The translations under genes and the position numbers were made by a program. A stretch of DNA of 64,000 nucleotides from Scyliorhinus canicula (lineage: Eukaryota). A model generated the notes under the pieces. It saw only the letters and a list, made by a program, of their open reading frames with translations. It had not been told where the DNA came from and ran no database searches. The stretch covers positions 86,716,236-86,780,235 of the forward strand of contig NC_052161.1 in NCBI RefSeq assembly GCF_902713615.1, read 5' to 3'. Positions 47,551 through 58,479 of this stretch are shown here, piece by piece; within the stretch, counting starts at the first letter, position 1, and every line of letters starts with the position of its first letter.

Positions 47551-48092
47551 CTTGTTGAGAGTTGCAGAATTCGCTGGACAATTCGCTGTCTGTAACGAAA
47601 GACCACTCAACCAGGTTCAGGGCCTCACATGCGTCCGCTCCTAATATGGACTCTCTCTTTGTGTCCACACTGGCGAATTGCACGATGTGACTCCGATTGT
47701 GCACCAATGCTTCGAGCTCACATATCCCCAGCGTTTCAATCGCATTCTGTGCATACTCAATCAGCCATTTTGGTCGATCAAAAACTATTGGTTGAAATCT
47801 AAGGCGGTTCAAATCGGACATGCGTTGCAATGATTAAGTCAGTGCACCAAAGAATGTCTAGTTTGTGACTATTTAAGATTTATTTTATTATTGTAACATG
47901 GGTAGAAAACAATACTAATACTAACGAACTGTAAACTGTTAACAACTAGAATATGAGAAAACACGACTATCCACCAGGACTTCTCACTCAGACTCCCTGA
48001 GGCTACAGTGTCACCTGGTGTAGTTCTACTGCCACCTGCTGGTTGGAGGCCGAACATATTAGCATACAGAATTGCTTATCCATAATATTACA
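47537..48092 (-). mobile_element. LTR (~47855-48092) joined directly to a Mag-like protease fragment, upstream of the NAP1-like ORF
   Basis: TGTAATA start, AATAAA, CTCF-type CCAGCAGGTGGCAG. ETLGICEL..SILGADACEALNLV resembles the protease region at 63050-63250. Confidence 0.65.
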
Positions 48093-48219
48093 TCTCTCTC
48101 TCCCTCCCTCTCTGTCACGCTCTCTTTGTCTCTGTCACACTCTCTCTGTCTCTCTTTCACACTCTCTCTGTCTCTCTCTCTCTCTCACACACTCTCTCTG
48201 TCTTTCTCTCTCTCACACT

Positions 48220-51200
48220 TGGGGTGAATGTAACTCCATAATTCACACTGTATTGTATATACATGAGACCATGCATTTGTTAGCGCCGTTGCGTTGCCCG
48301 ACCACTAGGGGGAGTAGCGCTGGGAATGCTTAGGAGTTTGTACAGGGCTCCACTCTTGGCTCCGCCCACGACTCCTCCCCCTGGACTGCTGTATAAATAC
48401 CAATGCTCAGAGCCAGTCGTTCAGTTCATCGAGAGTTCAACGCGGAACAGGCTGGCTCTGTTGTAAGTAGATTAAAACCACTGTTTATATCTTAAAGCAC
48501 GTGTCTAGTGAATTGATGGTTCCATCAATTTAATCTACTTAAGGAACAGTCAGGATCAATCATGGAATCAGCCCTCAAGCCTGAGCGACTGGAACTCGAC
48601 CCGCAGGATGCAGAGGCAAAATAAATTTTTTCTGATTGGCTGCGGTGTTTTAAAGCCTACCTGGCGGAAGCAAGCACAGCCGAAACAACAGAGGAGCAGA
48701 AACTGAGCCTACTGCACGCGAGGGTGAGCCACAGAATCTCTACTCAACTAAACTGCGCCGGTTCGAATACTGAAGCCCTAGCGCTACTCGACAAAATGTA
48801 TGTAAGGCCTGTAAATGAGGTCTACACGCGACACGTGTTTACTACTCGCCTCCAGCGGCCTACGGAATCGCTCGCAGAATTCCTGAGCGAGCTTAAAACT
48901 TTATCGAGTGACTGTAATTACCAGGCGGTTACCGCAGCAGAACATAGAGAACTTGCTGTATGCGATGCCTTTGTTGCGGGCCTTAGGTCAAATTACGTGC
49001 GGCAACGACTGCTGGAAAAGGGGGCCCTAAATCTTGAAGCGACTGTTGAACTTGCTACGACTATGGAGGTCTCATTTCGCAGCCTCACCTCGTTCCCCGC
49101 GGACCTCACCATGGACCCCCGACCAGCGATTCCACCTGGCCTGCGCCGCGCGGCCGCCCAGCCACAATGCTGCCCCAGCCTGCCAATTTTGCAGCCAGAA
49201 TCAGCACTCGCAGCAGCACTGCCCGGCCCGCAATGCGACCTGCAGCAGCTGCGGGCAAAAAGGACACTATGCCAGAGTGTGTCTGGCGAAGAATGCCCTA
49301 GCCTCTAACCCCTCCCATGGCTCAAAGCACTCGTTCCCTGAATTCACAGGCCGGCAGGCCCCAAAATGCTGCAGCGTGTATGCCGACTCCGCCCCCACCC
49401 GACATGTGCGACTCATGGGCGCGGCCATCTTGGCAATCCTCCTCCATGCAGCCGGCCATGTGCAGCTCATGGGGGCGGCCATCTTGGCAATCCTCCTCCA
49501 TGCAGCCGGCCATGTGCGACTCATGGGGGCGGCCATCTTGGCAATCCTCCTCCATGCGGCCGGCCGTGTGCGACTCATGGGGGCGGCCATCTTGAGATCC
49601 ATCCCCTCCAAACTCTGAAACTCACCTCGACGACTACGAACTCAGAGGGCAGTCATCACGGGGCCACTCCAGCACAGCTGATCGAGCCGCCGACGACCCG
49701 CAACTCAGCGCAGTCACTCTGGACGAATCGCGCCCGAAGCATCTGCGAAACTCGATGGCGACGGTACAAATCAACAGGTACAGCACGCCGTGCCTTTTCG
49801 ACTCCGGGAGCACTGAGAGCTTCATACACCCAGATCTGATTAGACGTTGTTCGCTCCCCGTTCCCCGTTTTCCCCGCGCGGCAAACTATCTGCCTCGCTT
49901 CGGGCTCCCACTCTGTCCAGGTCCAAGGGCGCACTGCCGCGACGCTCACAATCCAAGGCGCTAGCTATGCCAAATTCCAGCTCTATGTCCTGCCCGAACT
50001 CTGCGCCCCACTCTTATTAGGCCTTGATTTCCAGTGTAATCTCAAGAGTCTCACCCTCAGTTTCGGCGGACCCCTACCCCCACTCACTATCTGCAGCCTA
50101 GCCACGTTGCGAATCTCCCCCCCTCCTCTCTGTGCCAACCTCACCCCGGACTGTAAACCCGTAGCCACTTGCAGCAGGCGGTACAGCCTGCAGGATAGGG
50201 TGTTCATCCGATTGGAGGTCCAAAGGCTCCTCAGTGAGGGGATCATAGAGGCCAGCAACAGCCCCTGGAGAGCTCAGGTGCTGGTCGTCAAGACCGGGGG
50301 GAAATTCCGCATTGTTGTCGACTATAGTCAGACCATAAATAGATTTATGCTCCTCAACGCGTATCCCCTCCCCAGGATTGCAGACATGGTAAATCAGATC
50401 GCCCAGCATCGGCTATTTTCCACGGTGGATCTGAAGTCTGCATACCACCAGCTCCCAATCCGTCCAGAGGACCGCCACTACACGGCATTCGAGGCCGATG
50501 GCCGCCTCTTCCATTTCCTCCGGGTTCCCTTCGGCGTCACTAACGGGGTTTCGGTGTTCCAACAAGCAATGGACCGAATGGTGGACCAACACGGGCTGCG
50601 GGTCACGTTCCCGTACTTGGATAACGTTACCATCTGCGGCTATGATCAGCAGGACCACAACGCCAACCTCCACCGTTTTCTCCAGACGGCTTAGAAACTA
50701 AACCTCACCTACAACAAGGAGAAATGCGTTTTCCGCACGACCAGACTAGCCATCCTCGGCTGTGTCGTGGAAAACGGAGTCCTGGGCCCCGACCCGGACC
50801 GTATGCGCCTCCTCTTAGAACTCCCCCTCCCCCATTGCCCCAAGGCCCTCAAACGGTGCTTGGGATTCTTTTCGTATTACGCCCAGTGGGTCCCTCAATA
50901 TGCGGACAAAGCCCGCCCACTATTTAAGGCCACACGATTTCACCTGTCAGCTGAGGCGCGACAGGCCTTCAATTGCATCAAGGAGGACATCGCCAAAGCG
51001 GCCATGCGGGCGGTGGACGAATCCACTCCATTTCAGGTTAAGAGCGACGCCTCAGAGGTAGCTCTAGCAGCCACTTTAAATCAGGCAGGGAGACCAGTCG
51101 CATTCTTCTCCCGTACCCTATCCGCTTCGGAACTCCGACACTCCTCAGTCGAAAAAGAAGCACAAGCCATTGTGGAGGCTATACGTTACTGGAGGCACTA

Positions 51201-52845
51201 CCTCGCAGGGAGGAGGTTCACCCTCATCACCGACCAAAGATCAGTTGCCTTCATGTTTGACAACTCGCAAAGGGGCAAGATTAAAAACGATAAAATCCTG
51301 CGGTGGAGGATCGAACACCCCACCGATCGCTATGATATTAAGTATCGACCGGGGAAGCTCAACGAGCCCCCAGATGCCCCCAGATGCCCTATCCTGCGGG
51401 ACATGCGCCAGCGCGCAGATCGACCACCTGAAAATCATCCACAAGGCCCACCTGGTCAAGGCTTCTAGGCCCTTTGAACGCCTCGCGATCGATTTCAAAG
51501 GGCCACTCCCCTCAACTAACAGGAACGTCATAGATGAGTTCTCCCGCTTCCTATTTGCTATTCCGTGCCCCGACATGACCTCCCACACAGTCATTAGGGC
51601 CCTGCATAGTATCTTCACCCTGTTTGGTTTCCCCAGCTACGTGCACAACGACAGGGGTGCGTCCTTCATGAGTGACGAGCTGCGTCAGTACCTGCTCGAC
51701 AAGGGCATTGCCTCGAGCAGGACTACCAGCTACAACCCCAGAGGGAACGGGCAGGTGGAGAGGGAGAATGCGACGGTCTGGAAGACCATCCTACTGACCC
51801 TCCGGTCCAGGAATCTCCAAGTCTGCCATTGGCAGGAAGTCCTCCCAGACGCGCTCCACGCTATTAGGTCCCTCTTATGCACAGCGACCAATCAGACCCC
51901 TCATGAGAGGCTCTTCATTTTTTCCAGGGGCACTACCACGGGGGTCTCTCTCCCGGCATGGCTGAAGACACCGGGCCCTGTACTCCTCAGGAAGCACGTC
52001 AGGGCGCACAAAACTGACCCCCTTGTAGAGAAGGTGCGCCTGCTTCACTCCAACCACCAGTACGCCTTCATCGAGTTCCCCGACGGCCGTCAGGACACCG
52101 TATCCCTCCGGGACCTTGCACCCGCCGGGTCCAGCATCCCCTCTATCACTACAGATGCACCCCTCACCCTACACCCGATCCTGCCGCCCCCTCGGGCTCC
52201 CGAGCCCACTAGCTCACTGCATTGGTTCCGCGCAACCCAGCTGCCCCCACACGCTCCCGAGCCCACTGAGCCCACTAGCTTGCTCCATCTGTTCCGCGTG
52301 CCCGCACCGGCTAACCCCCAGCGCCCTCAGTCCCCAGTCGAACCAGACGGGTCTGAAACTCGGACGAGATCTTCCCTGGAGTCGGCCATCGTACCCCAAC
52401 CCACAACACCCGTCCAGCCACCGCAAGTAGCTGCAACCCTGGTGCTCCGCAGATCACAGCGGACAGTCCGACCATCGGACAGACTCAATTTATGAACCAC
52501 CACCCCCGCTGGACTTGATTTTTTTGTAGGGGGTGAATGTGGTGAATGTAACTCCGTAATTCACACTGTATTGTATATACATGAGACCATGCATTTGTAA
52601 GCTCAGTTGCGTTGCCCGACCACTAGGGGGAGTAGCGCTGGGAATGCTTAGGAGTTTGAACAGGGCTCCACCCTTGGCTCCGCCCATGACTCCTCCCCCT
52701 GGACTGCTGTATAAATACCAATGCTCAGAGCCAGTTGTTCAATTCATCGAGAGTTCAACGCGGAACAGGCTGGCTCTGTTGTAAGTAGATTAAAACCACT
52801 GTTCATATCTTAAAGCACGTGTCTAGTGAATTGATAGTTCCATTA
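48220..52845 (+). mobile_element. Full-length degenerate Gypsy element B2 in the CD4 D3-D4 intron (antisense to CD4)
   Basis: 308-bp LTRs at 48220-48527 and 52538-52845, TSD ACACT, stops in gag and RT, deletion of the IN HHCC region near 51430. Confidence 0.95.
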
Positions 52846-53466
52846 ACACTCTCTGTCTCTCTCTCACACTCTCCGTCTTTCACACTCTCTCTCTCACTCT
52901 CTCCGTCTCTGTCACACTTTCNNNNNNNNNNNNNNNNNNNNNNNNNNNNNNNNNNNNNNNNNNNNNNNNNNNNNNNNNNNNNNNNNNNNNNNNNNNNNNN
53001 NNNNNNNNNNNNNNNNNNNNNNNNNNNNNNNNNNNNNNNNNNNNNNNNNNNNNNNNNNNNNCGTTTCTCTCACACTCTCTCTGTCTCTCTCTCTTCTCTC
53101 TCTCACACTCTCTCCGTCTCTCTCACACTCTCTCTGTCTCTCTCTCTGTCTCTCTCTCTCTCTCACACTCTCTCTCTCTGTCTCTCTCTCTGTCTCTCTC
53201 TCTCTCTTCTCTCTCTCACACTCTCTCCNNNNNNNNNNNNNNNNNNNNNNNNNNNNNNNNNNNNNNNNNNNNNNNNNNNNNNNNNNNNNNNNNNNNNNNN
53301 NNNNNNNNNNNNNNNNNNNNNNNNNNNNNNNNNNNNNNNNNNNNNNNNNNNNNNNNNNNNNNNNNNNNNNNNNNNNNNNNNNNNNNNNNNNNNNNNNNNN
53401 NNNNNNNNNNNNNNTCTCTCGCACTCTCTGTCCCTCTCTTTCCCAGTCCACCCTCCGCAGCCTCAC

Positions 53467-53799
53467 CTTGGATCACGGTGACACTCAGCTTGCGTGAGAT
53501 GTTCCTGTTTCGGAGGCCCAGTTGGCAGATGTAATCTCCCCCGTCTCCCAGCGTGTTGACTGTGAGGACCACAGACATGTTTATCTTATTCAGGAACCTT
53601 GGCGTTCGGACGCGGCTCTCCCAGGAGCTCCGCCACATCCAGCCGTTGGTGCTGACATTCATTGATACCAGCTCCCTGTCTCCTCGCAGCCAGGCCCCTC
53701 GCACGGGCCTGGTGCTGGGGAACTGGTTCAGGGTGCAGGGCAGTTGGGTACTGGAACCCTCCGGGACGCCGATCACACGCTCGACAGGATTGGTGAAGC
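53467..53799 (-). CDS. CD4: CD4 Ig domain D3 (V-type): GFTNPVERVIGVPEGSSTQLPC..GAW..DGGDYICQL..VTVIQ
   Basis: Acceptor tctctccgcag|, donor G|gtgagg, phase 1/1, canonical C-W-DxGxYxC. Confidence 0.93.
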
Positions 53800-54967
53800 C
53801 TGCGGAGAGACGGAGAGAGGGTTAGGGAGAAGATTTCAGTGCTGGTGTCTGTCAGAGAGAAAGAGAGAGTGTGAGGCAGAATCTTGGAGAATGTGTGTGT
53901 GTGTGTGTGTGAGAGTGTGTGTGTGTGTGTGGGTGAGTGTGTGTGTGTGAGAGAGTGTGCACGAGAGACTGTGTGAGAGAGAGAGAGTACACGTGAGAGA
54001 GAGTTTGTTTGAGTGTGTGTCAGAATGTGTATGAGAGAGTGTGTGTGAGCGAGAGCGTTTGTGGGTAAGAGAGTGTGTGAGAAAGATTGTGTGCGTGAGT
54101 GTGTGTGTGTGCGAGAGAGAGTGTGAGAAAGAGTGTGTGAGAATGTGCGAGAGGGCGTATGTGTGTGAGTGTATGAGAGAGAGTGTGCATGANNNNNNNN
54201 NNNNNNNNNNNNNNNNNNNNNNNNNNNNNNNNNNNNNNNNNNNNNNNNNNNNNNNNNNNNNNNNNNNNNNNNNNNNNNNNNNNNNNNNNNNNNNNNNNNN
54301 NNNNNNNNNNNNNNNNNNNNNNNNNNNNNNNNGAGAGTGTGTGCGCGGGTGAGAGTGTGTGCGCGGGTGAGAGTGTGTGTGCAGGTGAGAGAGTGTGTGC
54401 GCGGGTGAGAGTGTGTGCGCGGGTGAGAGTGTGTGCGCGGGTGAGAGTGTGTGTGCGGGTGAGAGAGTGTGCGCGGGTGAGAGTGTGTGCGCAGGTGAGA
54501 GAGTGTGTGCGCGGGTGAGAGTGTGTGCGCGGGTGAGAGAGTGTGTGCGCGGGTGAGAGTGTGTGTGCGGGTGAGAGTGTGTGCGCGGGTGAGAGTGTGT
54601 GCGCGGGTGAGAGTGTGTGCGCGGGTGAGAGTGTGTGTGCGGGTGAGAGAGTGTGTGCGGGTGAGAGAGTGTGTGTGCGGGTGAGAGAGTGTGTGCGCGG
54701 GTGAGAGTGTGTGTGCGGGTGAGAGAGTGTGCGCGGGTGAGAGTGTGTGCGCGGGTGAGAGTGTGTGCGCGGGTGAGAGAGTGTGTGCGCGGGTGAGAGA
54801 GTGTGCGCGGGTGAGAGTGTGTGCGCGGGTGAGAGTGTGTGCGCGGGTGAGAGTGTGTGCGCGAGTGAGAGTGTGTGCGCGGGTGAGAGTATGAGTGTGT
54901 GTGTGTGTGAGTGAGTCTGTGAGTGTGTGAGTGAGTGTGTGAGTGAGTCTGTGTGTGTGAGTGAGTC

Positions 54968-55153
54968 TGAAATGAAAAATTGAAAATCGCTTATTGTCAC
55001 GAGTAGGCTTCAATGAAGTTACTGTGAAAAGCCCCTAGTCGCCACATTCCGGCGTGTGTCCGGGGAGGCTGGTACGGGAATTGAACCGTGCTGCTGGCCT
55101 GCTTGGTCTGCATTAAAAGCCAGCGATTTAGCCTGGTGAGCTAAACCAGCCCC
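54968..55153 (-). mobile_element. tRNA-derived SINE, with a second copy at 56030-56213
   Basis: GGGGCTGGTTTAGC head, GGTTCAATTCC B box, shared 3' tail. Both copies are in the same orientation. Confidence 0.8.
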
Positions 55154-56411
55154 TGTGTGTGTGCTAGTGAGTCTGTGTGCGAGTGAGTCTGTGTGCGAGT
55201 GAGTCTGTGTGCGAGTGAGTCTGTGTGCGAGTGAGTCTGTGTGCGAGTGAGTCTGTGTGCGAGTGAGTCTGTGTGCGAGTGAGTCTGTGTGCGAGTGAGT
55301 CTGTGTGCGAGTGAGTCTGTGTGCGAGTGAGTCTGTGTGCGAGTGAGTCTGTGTGCGAGTGAGTCTGTGTGCGAGTGAGTCTGTGTGCGAGTCTGTGTGT
55401 GTGTGAGAGTCTGTGTGTGTGTGAGAGTCTGTGTGTGTGTGAGAGTCTGTGTGTGTGTGAGAGTCTCTGTGTGTGTGAGAGTCTCTGTGTGTGTGAGAGT
55501 CTCTGTGTGTGTGAGAGTCTGTGTGTGTGTGAGAGTCTGTGTGTGTGAGAGTCTGTGTGTGTGAGAGTCTGTGTGTGTGTGAGAGTCTGTGTGTGTGTGA
55601 GAGTCTCTGTGTGTGTGAGAGTCTCTGTGTNNNNNNNNNNNNNNNNNNNNNNNNNNNNNNNNNNNNNNNNNNNNNNNNNNNNNNNNNNNNNNNNNNNNNN
55701 NNNNNNNNNNNNNNNNNNNNNNNNNNNNNNNNNNNNNNNNNNNNNNNNNNNNNNNNNNNNNNNNNNNNNNNNNNNNNNNNNNNNNNNNNNNNNNNNNNNN
55801 NNNNNNNNNNNNNNNNNNNNNNNNNNNNNNNNNNNNNNNNNNNNNNNNNNNNNNNNNNNNNNNNNNNNNNNNNNNNNNNNNNNNNNGTGAGTCTGTGTGT
55901 GTGTGAGTCTGTGAGTGTGTGTGAGTCTGTGAGTGTCTGTGTGTGAGTCTGTGAGTGTCTGTGTGTGAGTCTGTGAGTGTCTGTGTGTGAGTCTGTGAGT
56001 GTGTATGTGACTGAGTGTGTGCGCGAGTGTAATAATAATAACAATAATAATCGCTTATTGTCACAAGTAGGCTTCAATGAATTTGCTGTGAAAACCCCTA
56101 GTCACCACATTCCAGTGCCTGTTTGGGGAGCCCAGTACGGGAATTGAACCTGCGCTGCTGGTATTGTTCTGCATTGCAAGCCAGATATTTAGCCCATGTG
56201 CTAAACCAGCCCCTGCCAACCAGTGTGTGAGTGAGCATGAGTGATTGTGTGTGTTTGAACGTGTTTAGTGTGTGAGTGAGTGAGAGTGTGTGAGAATGTG
56301 TGTGAGTGTGTATGTGACTGAGTGTGTGTGAGAATGAGTGTGTAAGTGTGAGTGTGAGTCTTTCTCACTGTTTCACATCGTCCAACCCAGACACTGTTCT
56401 GCTGAACCTAC

Positions 56412-56633
56412 CGATCACATCCAGGACGTAGCTGGTGTGTAGCGTCTCCTTGGCGAACTCCACATTACAGGTCCACTTTCCCGCATGGGACAGACTTATT
56501 GCATTGAGCATCACTGTGTTCTTGTCCCTCTGGGTATCTCCAGGACCGTTCCAGCTCACCTTTCCTGCTGGAGCATGGCAGGTCAGCTCTACATTGTCAC
56601 CCTCGAGCGATGGTTTCGAGGAGCTGGAAGTCA
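56412..56633 (-). CDS. CD4: CD4 Ig domain D2 (short C2-type): TSSSSKPSLEGDNVELTC..VSW..AGKWTCNV..VLDVI
   Basis: Acceptor cctcgtacag|, donor G|gtaggt, phase 1/1, WxC motif. Confidence 0.92.
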
Positions 56634-57119
56634 CTGTACGAGGGGAGGGGGTGTGAGGGAGGATGTGGAGACATATGAAAGTCAGGTTAAAGATATGAAT
56701 GGCATCACCCAGCCCCAAACAGCAAGCCCTTTAGCCCCTCTCACCTGTGCTAGCCTCTGTTCAAACCAGAGAAGGAAAAGGGGCAGCACACATATAGGGA
56801 ACACCCACCGCCTGCAAGTTCCCACCTTTGAGTCCCATACACACCATCCCAACTATGAAATATATCTGTACTAAACTGGATCATGGGAATCAGGGGGAAA
56901 CTCTCCGCTGGTTGGAGTCATACCTGGCACAAAAAAAGAAGGTTGGGGTGTTTGGAGCTCCAGGACATCACTGCAGGAATTCCTCAGGGTTGTGTCCGAA
57001 GGCCAAACCATCTTCAGCTGCTCCATCAATGACCTCCCTTCCATTATAAGTTCAGAAGTGGGGATGTTTGTGGATGACTGCAGAATGTTCAGCACCATTT
57101 GCAACTCCTCAGATAATGA

Positions 57120-57257
57120 TGATGTGGAGATGCCGGCGTTGGACTGGGGTGAGCCTAATAAGAAGTCTTACAACACCAGGTTAAAGTCCAACAGGTTTGT
57201 TTCAAACACTAGCTAAACCTGTTGGACTTTAATCTGGTGTTGTAAGACTTCTTACTG
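57120..57257. mobile_element. 138-bp Penelope-like hairpin insertion inside an old CR1 fragment (~56870-57480)
   Basis: 40-bp inverted arms, 14-bp TSD TCCTCAGATAATGA at 57106-57119 and 57258-57271. The family assignment is an inference. Confidence 0.6.
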
Positions 57258-57479
57258 TCCTCAGATAATGAAGCAGTCCATGTCCAAATGTAGTAAGATC
57301 TGGACAATATCCAGGCTTGGGCAGATATGTGGCAAGTTATATTCGCACCGCACATGTGTCAGGCAATGATCATCTCCTACAAGAGAGGTTCTAACCATCT
57401 CCCCCATGACATTCAATGGCATTACCATCACTGAATCCCACCCCACTATCAACATTCTGAGGGTTACCATTAACCAGAA

Positions 57480-58470
57480 ACTAGTGGTGTACCGCAAGGA
57501 TCTGTTTTGGGGCCACTGCTGTTTGTCATTTTTATAAATGACCTGGAAGAGGGTGTAGAAGGATGGGTTAGTAAATTTGCAGATGACACGAAGGTCGGTG
57601 GAGTTGTGGATAGTGCTGAAGGATGTTATAGGATACAGAGGGACATAGATAAGCTGCAGAGCTGGGCTGAGAGGTGGTAGATGGAGTTTAATGTGGAAAA
57701 GTGTGAGGTGGTTCACTTTGGAAGGAGTAACAGGAATGCAGAGTACTGGGCTAATGGCAAGATTCTTGGTAGTGTAGATGAACAGAGAGATCTCGGCATC
57801 CTGGTACATAAATCCCTGAAAGTTGCCACCCAGGTTAATAGGGCTGTTAAGAAGGCATATGGTGTGCTAGCCTTTATCAGTAGGGGGATTGAGTTTCGGA
57901 GCCACGAGGTCATGCTGCAGCTGTACATAACTCTGGTGCAGCCGCACCTGGAGTACCGCGTGCAGTTCTGGTCACCACATTTCGGAAGGATGTGGAAGCT
58001 TTGGAAAGGGTTCAGAGGAGATTTACTAGGATGTTGCCTGGTATGGAGGGAAGGTCTTACGTGGAAAGGCTCAGGGACTTGAGGTTGTTTTCGTTAGAGA
58101 GGCGAAGGCTGAGAGGTGATTTAATAGAGACATATAAGCTAGTCAGAGGGTTAGATAGGGTGGACAGTGAGAGTCTTTTTCCTCGGATGGTGATGACCAA
58201 CACGAGGGGACATAGCTTTAAATTGAGGGGTGATAGATATAGGACAGATGTCAGAGGCAGTTTCTTTACTCAGAGAGTAGTAGGGGTGTGGAACGCCCTG
58301 CCTGCAACAGTAGTAGACTCGCCAACTTTAAGGGCATTTAAGTGGTCACTGGATAGACATATGGATGAAAATGGAATAGTGTAGGTCAGATAGGCTTCAG
58401 ATGGTTTCACAGGTCGGCGCAACATCGAGGGCCGAAGGGCCCGTACTGCGCTGTAGTGTTCTATGTTCTA
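57480..58470 (+). mobile_element. 5'-truncated CR1 LINE
   Basis: GSVLGP, FADDTK, LVQPHLEY, tail TTCTATGTTCTATG. Confidence 0.92.
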
Positions 58471-58479
58471 TGAACTGGG

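Larger units (their letters stand above)
52850..56365. repeat. (CT)n, (GT)n and (GA)n microsatellites plus 16-18-bp minisatellites, with four assembly gaps (52922-53061, 53229-53414, 54193-54331, 55631-55886)
   Basis: Direct inspection; N runs. Confidence 0.95.

Noticed and set aside
52819-56077. Long His/Thr/Leu or Ser/Leu-rich ORFs
   Set aside because: Microsatellite and N-gap artefacts. Only 53467-53799 has exon signals and an Ig fold.
41235-56633. Calling the gene LAG-3
   Set aside because: The tail has CxH and lacks FxxL(D/E) and an acidic EP repeat, so CD4 fits better.
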